Positions 1 to 10,215 of a stretch of DNA of 64,000 nucleotides are shown here, in pieces. This stretch comes from a virus (lineage: Duplodnaviria; Caudoviricetes), in IMG/VR virus record IMGVR_UViG_3300014204_000009, positions 27,966 through 91,965 of that record; one strand, written 5' to 3'. The notes under the pieces were generated by a model. The model was not told the DNA's origin. It worked only from the letters and a program-made list of their open reading frames with translations, and ran no database searches. Both the position numbers and the translations under genes were made by a program. Position 1 is the stretch's first letter. Every line of letters starts with the position of its first letter.

Positions 1-1
1 G

Positions 2-3000
2 AATTATGGAATTGAATATTGGACAAAGAAAGTAATTAATGATAGGCTTGTTGAAGTTCCTGGAGAAATTAGATTTAAAGATGATAATGATAAACCAATA
101 ATATTAACTAGATTTAGTGGTAATGGAGTATCATCTTTTAATGGACAAACTAGAACTAAACAACAGAATATTAATACTCAATTAGGAGCAGCATTAGATA
201 ATAAAGGTTTAGGTAATGTTGGTATTAATAGTATTACAATTCCTGCTTCAATTGCTATTACTCAACTTGAAACTAATGAAGCAATAGGATTAGATTTAAG
301 GTATAATACTAGATTTTTAAGTCAAGAAGCTGTTAAATTAATTGTAAATGATATTGAAACTAACTTACGTAGTACATCTACTAAGTATTTTAAGAATATG
401 TATACAATTAAATCATCAGCATTAAATAAAGTTGATAATTACTTTGCTAGTAAAATTACTAATCCTATTAAAAAGAGTGATGATTATATTAAATCTTTAG
501 CTTTTAGTCCTAAAGACTTAATGGATATGTTTAATATTAATTCTCAAGATAAAACTAAAAATGATGATTATTATGCTTCGCAATTAGCTGTTGTTCGTCA
601 ATATGCAGAACTTACTAAAATAGGTGATGATATTATTAAATCTAGACGAGCAATACTTTCACCTATTACTAATGGAGCTGGAACTAATTTTGCAAAAGCT
701 ATTAGTTTACAGAAAGATATTGAATCATTAAAGAGTAATACTACATTACATAATATTGGTAAGATATTAGGACATTCTATTGAAGGTCAAGAATATAATC
801 TTAGAAGTTTAATTCCTGATACTGAATATGGATTAGCTGCAAAGAATGTAGTTCAACTTGCTACTGAATTAGGTAAACAACTTCTTCCTATTGAAGCTGG
901 AGTATTTGATCATGTTGAAACTCTATATCTTTCTCTTACTGGATTAGAGGATGTTTCTACTAATATGAGAAATACTCTAATTAAAGATTTCAAGAAGTTT
1001 ATATATGCTGGTAATCCTGCACTATATAAAATTAAAGATGTTAGTATTGAAAGAGAAAGATTATTATTTGATTCTAAAACTAGTAGATCACTTGTTAATA
1101 GATTAAGAATATATAAAGATGGTAAAGGATCTAAGAATCCATATACTAGTAAATTAGCTACTGATAAAGGTGTAACTAAAGGATCACCAGATGTTATTAG
1201 ATATAAAGGTATTCGTGGAACTGGTATATTTGAAGAAGAGAATATAGTATATCTAGTTGATATGTTATTAAGTTCTGATAAAGAAATTAGAGATTTAGCT
1301 CAAGATTTAATTACTTATAGTTATATAATTGGAAATGTTAATGGATCAATGAGCTTTAATAGATTTGCTCCTATTGAATATTTAGAGCAGATTGGATTTA
1401 ATAAAGTTTTTAGGTCTATTAATCAAATTATGAAAGATAGTGATTCTTTTGATCCTTTCTCTTCTGTATTTATATTTGATTTCTTTAGGCATCATCCTAA
1501 TTATGCAAATAGTATAGAAGCTAAAAATATATCTAAAATATTAAAAACTGATTCAGATAAAATTCCTACATTATTTACAGTACCTAGAATGGATGCTGAT
1601 AATAATGTAGCATATGATGTTATTATATGGGATAAGTTTGGTACTAATCCTAGGTACCCTTTGTTAGTATCTAGATATAATGAAAAAGCTAATCATTGGT
1701 ATATATACGAAAAGATAGGAACTGATCCTAATGGAGAAACTGTATATCAAGCAATCTCTACTTTAGGTGAAGCTAATGTTAGACGTAGTAATGTATCTGA
1801 ATATAACTTTAAAGGTGCAATTAAAAGTATATTATCTGCAAATAATGTTCCTGATACAACTACAGTAATTAATCTAGAAGTTCCTAATAGAAGAAAGGAA
1901 TTAAATATATTTAATGAAACTCCTAATGGAATTGACTATTCTAGTACTACTGATTACTTTAAAGAAAATATGTCAGAATTAGTTGATGACAGATTAGCTA
2001 ATTTAACTAATGATTATAAAACTTCATTTGAAAACACTATTGGTCAAATTGGAGGATCACCTTTCTACTCTACTTTATCTAAGATTATAGAGAAGAAGTT
2101 AAAAGAACAACATTTACATTTTAAAGTAGAAAGAGATTTTAATATTACAGCTGCTGCTGAAACTGACTTTAATGTAAAAACTGTAACTATTAATCCTCTT
2201 AATGTACTTAATACTTTCAATAGATTAGATTTTGCTACCAATGAGGAGTTCGCCGCTAAGTCATTAGATGCTAATTTACTTCACGAAGGAATGCATACTA
2301 TTACTAGATTTGCTACTAGAAATAGGAATAATAATTCAATGCAAGTTAATGCTATTTTATTTTCGTTAGATAAAACAATGGCTAAAGCTATTGAAGAATT
2401 ATCTAAAACTAATCCTAATTTAAAAGATGAGATAAAGACTTTCCAAGAAGTTATTGAAAAGAATAAAAACAATACTTTAACTGCTCAAGATTTAGAAGGT
2501 CTTAAAAGTAATATAGCATATGCACTCTCTAATACTGATGAATTTATTAGTGGTTTATTCACTAATAAAGAATTGCAGAAAGCTTTAAATGATATTAAAT
2601 ATGATAAAGATCAAACTCTATTAGAAAGAATTATTGATTTACTTTCTACATTTATTAAATACTTAGGAGAAGAATTAGGAATACAAGTTAATGAAGACTC
2701 TCTTTTATATGCTGGAATTCATGATATTATAAATCTTATTAATCTTCCTGAAGTTAATAATAATGCAATTGAATTTGATACTGCTAAATTAGCTAATTAT
2801 ACTGTATATAATCCTTTAGAGCCTGAAGTTAAAATATTAATTAATGAATTGGCTCAATTACGAAATACCTATACTGGAAGATATACAGAAGGAACAGTTA
2901 GTCAAGTAGATTCAGATAAAGTTACTAGTACTTCAATTGAAGATAGAAATTTATGGCAAAATAGAATTGCAGATATCAATTCAAGTATTGAAATGATTAA

Positions 3001-6000
3001 TATTAATCAAAGCCCTACTTCTATTGAAGATGCTATTAAACTTCAATTTGAATTTGTAGAACATATACTAAATAAGAATACCACTAATCCTAAAGAGTTA
3101 TTACAAGCTAGTAATATTGTAAATGCTTTTAATTCAAATACTACTGAACTTTATATGAGTGAGGCTCAATTATATCAGCCTACTAATCCATATAATGAAA
3201 TGTGGTCTAGAATTAATCGTATTGCAAAAGATTTAGATTTAAGGCTTATGGATAGATGGAGAAATTTAATATCTGATAAGAATAATGAATCTCAGACTAT
3301 AAATTATACTCCTGAAGAAATAGAAACTATTAAAGATTATGATCCTGAATTAATAACTAGATTAAAAACCAAGGGTACTAATTTAAGATATGTAAGACAA
3401 CATAGTAGAATGTTGTCAATGAATACTGATCCTAGTTTATTAAATGAACCTATTGCAGATGTTATATCTCTTATTACCGAATCAGCTAACTCTAATCTTA
3501 CTGCTAAATTAGTCAAGTTTTTAGATAAGATTAATGAAGAATTTAATATTTTATATAAGAATCCAGAAGCTAAAAGATTATGGAATACTGGTATAATTGA
3601 TCAAAAAGATGATAAAGGGAATTCAACTGGACGATTTACTTATATTTATTCAGATAAATGGAATAAAGATGCAAATGCTATTTATGATGAATATAATGCA
3701 ATTGTAGCAAGAAATCCTAAGAATAGAGAATTATCTGAAGCTAAGAAAAATAGAAATATTAAATTAAGACAACTTTCTATTAATATAGATATTCGATTTA
3801 AGTTCAGACCTAATTTTTCTACTACTGAAAAAGGGTATGAATTCAAAAATGATATTGAATATTATAATTACTTAAAGAAAGAGTTTGGAGAAGAGATATT
3901 CAAGGAACATATGGCTGATGCTGAACTTAAATATGAACAATATTTAAAAGAACTTGAATACACTACTAAAAGTATAGAAGAGGATGTAAGTATTAAAGAT
4001 AAAATTGGAGAAATTGCAAAATGGAAGATGAGAAATGATCCTCTAATTGGACTTGATATTAGATATGGAGCTAAGATTGAAAATCCTATTACTATTATTG
4101 AAAATCATACTGGAAATAGAATAACAACTGTTCCTAGAAAAACTATTGCAGGTAATGATTCAGGTTATTATGATAAAGCCTATGAAACTATATTAAAGAA
4201 TGAAACTTTACATAATTTCTATAAGTTTTATGTAAATCATTTAAGTGATATGTTAAGTCTATTACCTAATGATGTTAGAACTTATCTTCCTAAGAACTTC
4301 TTACCTTATATGTTAGCTGAATTAACTCAGATTTATGCTAAAGAAGGATATGAAGGAGTTATTAAGTTTATGGGAGAGAAGTTCTATAATGGAATTACTT
4401 CTCCTGAAGTATCATTATTAAATTATTCTCATTCTACTGCTAATGTAGATATTCATGGTAATCTTATTAAAAAGGTTCCTGTTAGATATTTAAAGACTAT
4501 GCCTACTGATAATACAGAAGAAGGTAAATTAGCTAGAGAAGAATATATTAAAAATAGATCTACTGATTATAAGAGAATACTTGAATTATTCACTGAAATG
4601 GCAATGAATTTCAACTATAAAAATAGTGTGGTTGATTTAGTTGAAGGTGCTTATTTAGTGATGCAAGAAGCTACTGAAATTAGTGAAGATAAACAAGGTA
4701 GACCTATGCTTAATAAATTAAGAGATATTGCTGGAGTTAAAGATAAAAATACTACAATGCTTCAAGCGGTTAGATATAACATAGATGCTTTATTATATGA
4801 TGAAAGACGAGAAGCAGATAAAGTTAGTAAGATTAAAATTGCAAATACTCTTAATATTAGAGAATATAAAAAGAATAAAAAAAGAGAGTTAATATTAGAA
4901 GGAGAAAGAGATAAACTAGAGAAAAGATTAGCTGATAGAGAAATTACATTACCTGAATTTGAACATTTAATTAAACCTTTTGAAGATGAATATAAGTTAA
5001 TTGCTAGACATAATTTAGTTTGGGGTAAACTTGGAGATAGATTAATTGGGTTAACTCAACTTAAAGGTTTAGGACTTAATTTAAATGCTGGTATTGCTAA
5101 TATTGGGTTTGGATTAATGAGTAATCTAACTTACGCTAATGGTCGAGTTGATTTTGATCGTACATCAATGGGAAAAGCATTTACTATGATGTTTCATGTG
5201 TTGAATGGTAAATCTGTAACTGGTAAAAAGATTACTAAACTTATTCATCTTTATAATATATTATTTGAAGTTGCTGAAAGTAGATATGGAGAAGATACAG
5301 ATAAACTATTGATTAAACTATGGGGTAAGAAGCTCGATCCTTATGTATTTCAGACTAAAGGTGAATTTTATGTACAAGGTATGTCATTTCTTGCTCATAT
5401 GTTATTTACTAAAATTCAATCTAAGAATGGAGAGATTAGTTTATTTAATGCTTATGATAATAATGGAGAATGGAATAAAAGTTTATTTACAGATGAAGTA
5501 AATGCTGAGTGGAGTCATATGATTGGTCCACTTGAGTTTAATAACTTTACTAAAACTAGAGAAAGAGTTATTCAATTTAATAAAGCTATTCATGGTAACT
5601 ATAATCCTAATATGCCTATATGGGCTAAGAAATACTTACTTGGTAGAATGTTATTTCAATTTAGAACTTGGGTTCCTGAAGGAGTTGAATCTAGATTTGG
5701 AAATATAAGATGGGATAAAAGACTTGGTAGATATAGAATGGGTAGATATAGAACATATGGAGATTTAGGAGTTATGGGATCTATTAATCATTTGTTTAAA
5801 CAACTTATTGGTAGTCAACAAGCATTTATTCATTCTAATGGTAAATCATTTACTCCTTGGCAAATTGAAAATATGAGAAGAAACCTAGCTGAAATAGGAG
5901 TGTTTATTACTATGGCTGGAGCAGCACTTATATTAAAAGCTGCACTAAATCATATGGATGATGATGATGATCCTGAAGAAAAGGCTTTGATTTATAGCAT

Positions 6001-6256
6001 TAATATACTTCAACGTGTTCAAGCTGATATAACTTTCTATCTTAGTCCTAGTACATTTCTTAATATTATTCAAAACCCAGTAGCAGTATTAAAACTTTAT
6101 ACAGATACACAAAATGCTATTACAGGAACATACAAACATTGGACTGATGAAGATTATAGAGGAGATCCTTCTTGGATTAAGTGGAGTAAAGCATTTCCAT
6201 ATACTAATCAAATTCCTAAATTTATGTATTTAACAGATAGACAATTACAATATTAA
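2..6256 (+). CDS. Giant virion-packaged RNA polymerase/ejection protein, C-terminal part, with zincin-like HExxH domain (5'-truncated by window edge)
   Basis: Frame 2 is open from base 2, so the track start at 398 is internal. QLGAALDNKGLGNVGIN resembles the region C-terminal to the catalytic motif in crAss-like vRNAPs; LLHEGMH zincin motif; >2000 codons. No DFDxD motif is visible in the window (presumably upstream). Confidence 0.7.
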   Translation, partial: NYGIEYWTKKVINDRLVEVPGEIRFKDDNDKPIILTRFSGNGVSSFNGQTRTKQQNINTQLGAALDNKGLGNVGINSITIPASIAITQLETNEAIGLDLRYNTRFLSQEAVKLIVNDIETNLRSTSTKYFKNMYTIKSSALNKVDNYFASKITNPIKKSDDYIKSLAFSPKDLMDMFNINSQDKTKNDDYYASQLAVVRQYAELTKIGDDIIKSRRAILSPITNGAGTNFAKAISLQKDIESLKSNTTLHNIGKILGHSIEGQEYNLRSLIPDTEYGLAAKNVVQLATELGKQLLPIEAGVFDHVETLYLSLTGLEDVSTNMRNTLIKDFKKFIYAGNPALYKIKDVSIERERLLFDSKTSRSLVNRLRIYKDGKGSKNPYTSKLATDKGVTKGSPDVIRYKGIRGTGIFEEENIVYLVDMLLSSDKEIRDLAQDLITYSYIIGNVNGSMSFNRFAPIEYLEQIGFNKVFRSINQIMKDSDSFDPFSSVFIFDFFRHHPNYANSIEAKNISKILKTDSDKIPTLFTVPRMDADNNVAYDVIIWDKFGTNPRYPLLVSRYNEKANHWYIYEKIGTDPNGETVYQAISTLGEANVRRSNVSEYNFKGAIKSILSANNVPDTTTVINLEVPNRRKELNIFNETPNGIDYSSTTDYFKENMSELVDDRLANLTNDYKTSFENTIGQIGGSPFYSTLSKIIEKKLKEQHLHFKVERDFNITAAAETDFNVKTVTINPLNVLNTFNRLDFATNEEFAAKSLDANLLHEGMHTITRFATRNRNNNSMQVNAILFSLDKTMAKAIEELSKTNPNLKDEIKTFQEVIEKNKNNTLTAQDLEGLKSNIAYALSNTDEFISGLFTNKELQKALNDIKYDKDQTLLERIIDLLSTFIKYLGEELGIQVNEDSLLYAGIHDIINLINLPEVNNNAIEFDTAKLANYTVYNPLEPEVKILINELAQLRNTYTGRYTEGTVSQVDSDKVTSTSIEDRNLWQNRIADINSSIEMININQSPTSIEDAIKLQFEFVEHILNKNTTNPKELLQASNIVNAFNSNTTELYMSEAQLYQPTNPYNEMWSRINRIAKDLDLRLMDRWRNLISDKNNESQTINYTPEEIETIKDYDPELITRLKTKGTNLRYVRQHSRMLSMNTDPSLLNEPIADVISLITESANSNLTAKLVKFLDKINEEFNILYKNPEAKRLWNTGIIDQKDDKGNSTGRFTYIYSDKWNKDANAIYDEYNAIVARNPKNRELSEAKKNRNIKLRQLSINIDIRFKFRPNFSTTEKGYEFKNDIEYYNYLKKEFGEEIFKEHMADAELKYEQYLKELEYTTKSIEEDVSIKDKIGEIAKWKMRNDPLIGLDIRYGAKIENPITIIENHTGNRITTVPRKTIAGNDSGYYDKAYETILKNETLHNFYKFYVNHLSDMLSLLPNDVRTYLPKNFLPYMLAELTQIYAKEGYEGVIKFMGEKFYNGITSPEVSLLNYSHSTANVDIHGNLIKKVPVRYLKTMPTDNTEEGKLAREEYIKNRSTDYKRILELFTEMAMNFNYKNSVVDLVEGAYLVMQEATEISEDKQGRPMLNKLRDIAGVKDKNTTMLQAVRYNIDALLYDERREADKVSKIKIANTLNIREYKKNKKRELILEGERDKLEKRLADREITLPEFEHLIKPFEDEYKLIARHNLVWGKLGDRLIGLTQLKGLGLNLNAGIANIGFGLMSNLTYANGRVDFDRTSMGKAFTMMFHVLNGKSVTGKKITKLIHLYNILFEVAESRYGEDTDKLLIKLWGKKLDPYVFQTKGEFYVQGMSFLAHMLFTKIQSKNGEISLFNAYDNNGEWNKSLFTDEVNAEWSHMIGPLEFNNFTKTRERVIQFNKAIHGNYNPNMPIWAKKYLLGRMLFQFRTWVPEGVESRFGNIRWDKRLGRYRMGRYRTYGDLGVMGSINHLFKQLIGSQQAFIHSNGKSFTPWQIENMRRNLAEIGVFITMAGAALILKAALNHMDDDDDPEEKALIYSINILQRVQADITFYLSPSTFLNIIQNPVAVLKLYTDTQNAITGTYKHWTDEDYRGDPSWIKWSKAFPYTNQIPKFMYLTDRQLQY

Positions 6257-6272
6257 ATGGTATAGTGCCATT

Positions 6273-6756
6273 AAGAAAATGAAATAGCATAGCAATGGAG
6301 AGAATTACTAATAGGATTGCTACGCTTATGCTACTGGGCAGATCGAAACTTCTGCTACAAATTATACTACAAATTATAAAGGTAATAAATCAAATCTAAA
6401 TTAAAAAAGTATGAAATTAAAAGAAGGTGTAATAATAGTTGGTGAAAGACCAGAAATAGTATCTGCATTAGCTATTGCGGATCAAGTTTATAAAGAAGTT
6501 GCTAAGAAAGAATTAGTAGTTACTAGTATAATGGATGGAAAACATGGTACACACTCATTACATTATAAAGGTTACGCAGCAGACTTACGCATAAGAGATT
6601 TAACTCCTAAGGAGCAAGCGGGGATATTAGTTGAACTTAAAACTAAATTAGGTAAAGATTATGATGTAGTATTAGAAATAGATCATTTTCATATAGAATA
6701 TGATCCTAAATAATTTGTAGCAATTCTTCTCTATTGCTTCACTCTTTCATTTTCTT
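6273..6756. repeat. Imperfect inverted repeats flanking the endolysin gene
   Basis: 6273-6310 aagaaaatgaaa-tagcat-agcaatggagagaattacta vs reverse complement of 6718-6756 aagaaaatgaaa-gagtga-agcaatagagaagaattgcta; 6353-6364 tgctacaaatta is the exact reverse complement of 6711-6722. Confidence 0.8.
6411..6713 (+). CDS. Peptidase M15-family (Hedgehog/DD-peptidase fold) endolysin
   Basis: SLHYKGYAADLR (SxHxxGxAxD) and HFHIE (HxH) zinc ligands. Confidence 0.85.
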   Translation: MKLKEGVIIVGERPEIVSALAIADQVYKEVAKKELVVTSIMDGKHGTHSLHYKGYAADLRIRDLTPKEQAGILVELKTKLGKDYDVVLEIDHFHIEYDPK

Positions 6757-6781
6757 TGGGCGTTGCCCTAGTAGTAAAAAA

Positions 6782-6808
6782 AATAGCAGGGCAATTAGCT
6801 CTGCTATT
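6782..6808. terminator. Bidirectional intrinsic terminator at the convergence point
   Basis: aatagcagggc-aatta-gctctgctatt hairpin with A-run before and T-rich run after; + and - blocks converge here. Confidence 0.8.
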
Positions 6809-7250
6809 CTTGTTTTAAAGGATTCTGTTTAATAAACCAATTAGGTTTAAATATAGATAAAAACTCCTCAGTTGTATTAATAATCATATTACCTTTTAAG
6901 TTATTACATTTAATATGAGCTGGAAAAAGATTATTAAATTTATTACTTCCTCCTTTACTCAATGGAATTTTATGATCTCTACTAAATTGACTTTTATAAA
7001 GTATATCTTCTCCACATAACCAACATTTTCCATTAGTTTTTGCTAGTATTCTATCATTATATTTAATATTTTCTCTACTATCTTTAGATTTATTTAATCT
7101 AATTGTTTTATTAACTTTATTAGTTATGGGAGTTATACCCATTAATTTCATTCTTTCTTTTCTAGGTAAAGATTGATATTCTAGTAAACAGATATTATAT
7201 GTTCTACAGAACCAATACTGGCAAGAACTCATATTTACACAATTACTCAT
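6804..7250 (-). CDS. HNH endonuclease
   Basis: CWLCG...DHKIPLSKGGSN...NL...HIKCNNLKG. Confidence 0.9.
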   Translation of the reverse strand: MSNCVNMSSCQYWFCRTYNICLLEYQSLPRKERMKLMGITPITNKVNKTIRLNKSKDSRENIKYNDRILAKTNGKCWLCGEDILYKSQFSRDHKIPLSKGGSNKFNNLFPAHIKCNNLKGNMIINTTEEFLSIFKPNWFIKQNPLKQE

Positions 7251-7513
7251 ACTCCTTTACTATATTTATTAGTAATAGATAAAATATTATCTAACATTAA
7301 ATTACCACTACGTGTACAAATATCATTTCCATCTACCCTTAGTCTTTTTATTGTATCAATAATAATATTAACTTCATTTTTTGAAGTATAATGATTTTCT
7401 AAATAACTAATATACCAATCTTTTTGATTATTAATAGATTCTTCATTATAATCTTTTTTTTGTTGATCTGTTAAACTTTCTATAAACCATTTAAATTGAA
7501 TAGTATTTTTCAT
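7247..7513 (-). CDS. Hypothetical protein
   Basis: ORF in operon, overlaps HNH start by 4 nt. Confidence 0.6.
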   Translation of the reverse strand: MKNTIQFKWFIESLTDQQKKDYNEESINNQKDWYISYLENHYTSKNEVNIIIDTIKRLRVDGNDICTRSGNLMLDNILSITNKYSKGV

Positions 7514-7555
7514 AGTTTTATAATTTATAATATTAATATTATTAGAAATATAAAA

Positions 7556-7582
7556 AATAGCAGGGCATATAACCCTGCTATT
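7556..7582 (-). terminator. Intrinsic terminator, near-copy of 6782-6808
   Basis: aatagcaggg-catataa-ccctgctatt, A-run on + (U-run on -). Confidence 0.8.
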
Positions 7583-7603
7583 AACATTTAGATTAGTTTT
7601 AGT

Positions 7604-7882
7604 TTAAAGTAGACTACTTAAAGCACTATAAGATTTATCAAGTTCATTTGCTAAAGCTATATTAAGATCTACTTCTTTACTAAATGCTTCAACAAATGAA
7701 GTTCCTTCTTCATGTTTAAATTCTACCTTCTTCATAGGTCTTCCAAGACTACTTATTTTCTCATTAACTGCATTAATTCCGATTATTAATTCATCATTAT
7801 TTGTTAATAATCTACTCAATACTTCTGTTAAATTAGATTGTTTAACATCTGTTACTTTTTGTTGTAGTGCATCTCCTGCCAT
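7604..7882 (-). CDS. Hypothetical coiled-coil protein
   Basis: Heptad-like helical sequence, followed by terminator. Confidence 0.6.
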   Translation of the reverse strand: MAGDALQQKVTDVKQSNLTEVLSRLLTNNDELIIGINAVNEKISSLGRPMKKVEFKHEEGTSFVEAFSKEVDLNIALANELDKSYSALSSLL

Positions 7883-8072
7883 AACTTTAATTTTTAAATT
7901 GTTAATTGTCTAATTGGTTAGTTAGTTTATTACTTAAAGTTATAATCTTATTTGTAATAATTTTAATAGAATCAAAATCCCCAATTCTTTTTAATGTGTC
8001 GAGTGTGCAACTTAGTGCATTAATTGCATTAATAATTGTTTGTGTTTCCATTGTTTTAATTTTAAGTGTTAG

Positions 8073-8285
8073 TTAATTAATTATTTCATACATAATGTTA
8101 AATTCTTCATCTGTATATACAATAGGATATTCTTCTCCTTCTTCTTTTACTAACCATTCTCCAATTTCTATTGTATCAAGATCTGCATCATCAGGAAACA
8201 TTCCTTTTATTTCCTTAACACTTTCTTCACTATTATTAAATTGTACTGCTTCGCCAAACACAACTTTACTTTTACATTTTACCAT
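8073..8285 (-). CDS. Small phage protein, A[IV]Q[FW]...F...YE paralog family member 1
   Basis: Likely start MVKCKSK; EAVQFNNS..SVKEIK..IGEWLVKE..YTDEEFNIMYE. Confidence 0.7.
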   Translation of the reverse strand: MVKCKSKVVFGEAVQFNNSEESVKEIKGMFPDDADLDTIEIGEWLVKEEGEEYPIVYTDEEFNIMYEIIN

Positions 8286-8308
8286 AATTTTAAAATTTAA
8301 ATTGTTAG

Positions 8309-8524
8309 TTAATAATAAGGTTGATACCAAGGATATCTATAAGGATAAGAAGGTTGAATAACAATAGGAATGCTATTCCATTGAACAGTTACATTTGTAA
8401 GTAGTTCAAATTCTCTCCATCCATTATTAGGAAACATCTCATTTAATGTATTAAATAGAGTGTCTAATTTAATAGACTCTTCTAATTTAATTGTTTTATT
8501 TGTTGTATCAATTTGTAGTTTCAT
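8309..8524 (-). CDS. Hypothetical protein
   Basis: ORF in operon, Pro/Tyr-rich C-terminus. Confidence 0.6.
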   Translation of the reverse strand: MKLQIDTTNKTIKLEESIKLDTLFNTLNEMFPNNGWREFELLTNVTVQWNSIPIVIQPSYPYRYPWYQPYY

Positions 8525-8774
8525 CTTTTATAAGTTCAAAATGATCATTGAAATATTCATCTGAATAAACTATGTAAATATCTTCATCTTCTGATGTTAT
8601 CCATTCATTTAAACTTGCTTCTGTATAATCATCAATTACTAATTTTGGGTAATCAACATCATCATCATCTACATAAGCAAGTTCTCCAATCCATTCTTTA
8701 ATTTCAGCTATATTCTCAGGACTATTTGTAAACTGTATAGCTTTAACTTCTAATTTACTTTTATATTTCTGCAT
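8508..8774 (-). CDS. Paralog family member 2
   Basis: KYKSKLEVKAIQFTNSPENIAEIKEW..NEWI..YSDEYFNDHFE. Confidence 0.7.
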   Translation of the reverse strand: MQKYKSKLEVKAIQFTNSPENIAEIKEWIGELAYVDDDDVDYPKLVIDDYTEASLNEWITSEDEDIYIVYSDEYFNDHFELIKDETTN

Positions 8775-8786
8775 AGTTTTAAATAT

Positions 8787-9143
8787 TTAATCAGTATTTT
8801 CAATTCCATTATCTTCATCTTCTGTATTTTCAAATTCTACATCACCTACATCATCTATATTATCATATATAGAATTATTAAATGGCATATCAGCTAATTT
8901 ACATTTATTATTAACTCTTTGATATTCTTCCATTGCATCAGCATGTTCTGAAACAGCAATTACAACAGATCGATTATCATTGTTTTCTAATTCAAGAGCT
9001 TCTCTCAATCTATTAGCATATTCTCTTAGTATACCAGGTGCTAAAGCATCTTGTCCTCTAAGTAAGAAGACTGGTTCATCTTTAGGAATAAGATTAGCAT
9101 TATCCTGAATTCTTTCATTATAATCTTTTCTTGGGTGTAACAT
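8787..9143 (-). CDS. Conserved small phage protein (DEPVFLLRGQD motif)
   Basis: DEPVFLLRGQDALAP..A..MEEY..K.AD pattern; acidic tail. Confidence 0.6.
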   Translation of the reverse strand: MLHPRKDYNERIQDNANLIPKDEPVFLLRGQDALAPGILREYANRLREALELENNDNRSVVIAVSEHADAMEEYQRVNNKCKLADMPFNNSIYDNIDDVGDVEFENTEDEDNGIENTD

Positions 9144-9155
9144 AAGTTTAATTAT

Positions 9156-9437
9156 TTAATTAGTAACTAATTCATAAGTCTTTTCAAATATATCAGGTTT
9201 ACAAGGATAAAATTCTCCTGCTACTCCTTTGATTATCCAATCATTGGTATTAGCTGTATGCATACCTTCTAAGGTTTGAATAAAAAGAGTTCCCTCTTTT
9301 ATTGCTCGTTCTTCTTCATTTTCATAGTTAAATTTATTTCCATGAAAATCTTCTATAAAATTCATTATTTCATCAAAATTAGTACCATTCCATTGAATAG
9401 CATCTATAATTACTGGTTTCTTTTTATACTTAGCCAT
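9156..9437 (-). CDS. Paralog family member 3 (canonical [35 protein letters not shown] protein)
   Basis: Full motif of a widespread phage protein family. Confidence 0.8.
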   Translation of the reverse strand: MAKYKKKPVIIDAIQWNGTNFDEIMNFIEDFHGNKFNYENEEERAIKEGTLFIQTLEGMHTANTNDWIIKGVAGEFYPCKPDIFEKTYELVTN

Positions 9438-9543
9438 TGTTTTAATTGTTTAAGTTTGATTGTTAGTAGGTTTATTATTAAATATATTAAAAAGTATTAT
9501 AACTAATATAAATACTATTATAAAAAGTAATATAGGATTCATA

Positions 9544-9651
9544 TTAGTCAGATTTGGGTTCTTCAATAAAAGTCATATCACAAACAATTGTAATAATTCA
9601 TATGATTAGAGCACTAAGTACAATTCCACAAAGTAGTCCTATCCAAAACAT
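9544..9651 (-). pseudogene. Small membrane peptide interrupted by an in-frame TGA
   Basis: MFWIGLLCGIVLSALII*IITIVCDMTFIEEPKSD*. Confidence 0.45.
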
Positions 9652-9675
9652 ATTATTAGTTTTTAAATTAGTAAT

Positions 9676-9704
9676 AGAAGGGAAGTTTACAGGACTCCCC
9701 TTCT
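9676..9704 (-). terminator. Hairpin terminator downstream of dUTPase
   Basis: agaagggaagt-ttacagg-actccccttct. Confidence 0.65.
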
Positions 9705-9771
9705 CATTTACTCTATTAGTTATTCATTTTACAAATACCTCTATTCTGAATGAACAACATTTAGAGTGCCT

Positions 9772-10215
9772 TTATTTGCCATCTGTATGCCCAAATCCTC
9801 CCTCACCTCGATCTGTTTTTTCAAGGTCAGTAAGTTGTTCAACTCTAATGAAGTCAGCTTGTAGGGCTTCTTTTAGCACTAATTGGGCAATTTTCATGCC
9901 TTTTTCTATTCTAATAACTTCACTTCCAGTATTAAGTAGAATAACCTTTACTTCTCCTCTATAATCACTATCTATACTTCCAGGGCTGTTGACGATAGCA
10001 AGTCCTAGTTTAATTGCATTACCACTTCTAGGTCGTATTTGCATTTCATAACCATCTGGAATTTCAAGATATATTCCTGTACTGAATAGATGTCTTCGTG
10101 TAGGATGTAAACCAAATTCTTCATTAGATTTAATATCACATCCAACACTACCTTCTGTAGCATAAATTGGAATATCTCCTGTTTCGCTATAAATCTTCAC
10201 TTGTATCTTTTCCAT
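9772..10215 (-). CDS. dut: Trimeric dUTPase
   Basis: GSVGCDI, QIRPRSG, NSPGSIDSDYRGE, IAQLV, RGEGGFGHT motifs. Confidence 0.97.
   Translation of the reverse strand: MEKIQVKIYSETGDIPIYATEGSVGCDIKSNEEFGLHPTRRHLFSTGIYLEIPDGYEMQIRPRSGNAIKLGLAIVNSPGSIDSDYRGEVKVILLNTGSEVIRIEKGMKIAQLVLKEALQADFIRVEQLTDLEKTDRGEGGFGHTDGK

Noticed and set aside
6285-6360. tRNA or hammerhead ribozyme (gcagatcgaaacttctgc)
   Set aside because: No cloverleaf, and no CUGAUGA core at a suitable position; better explained by the repeat arms
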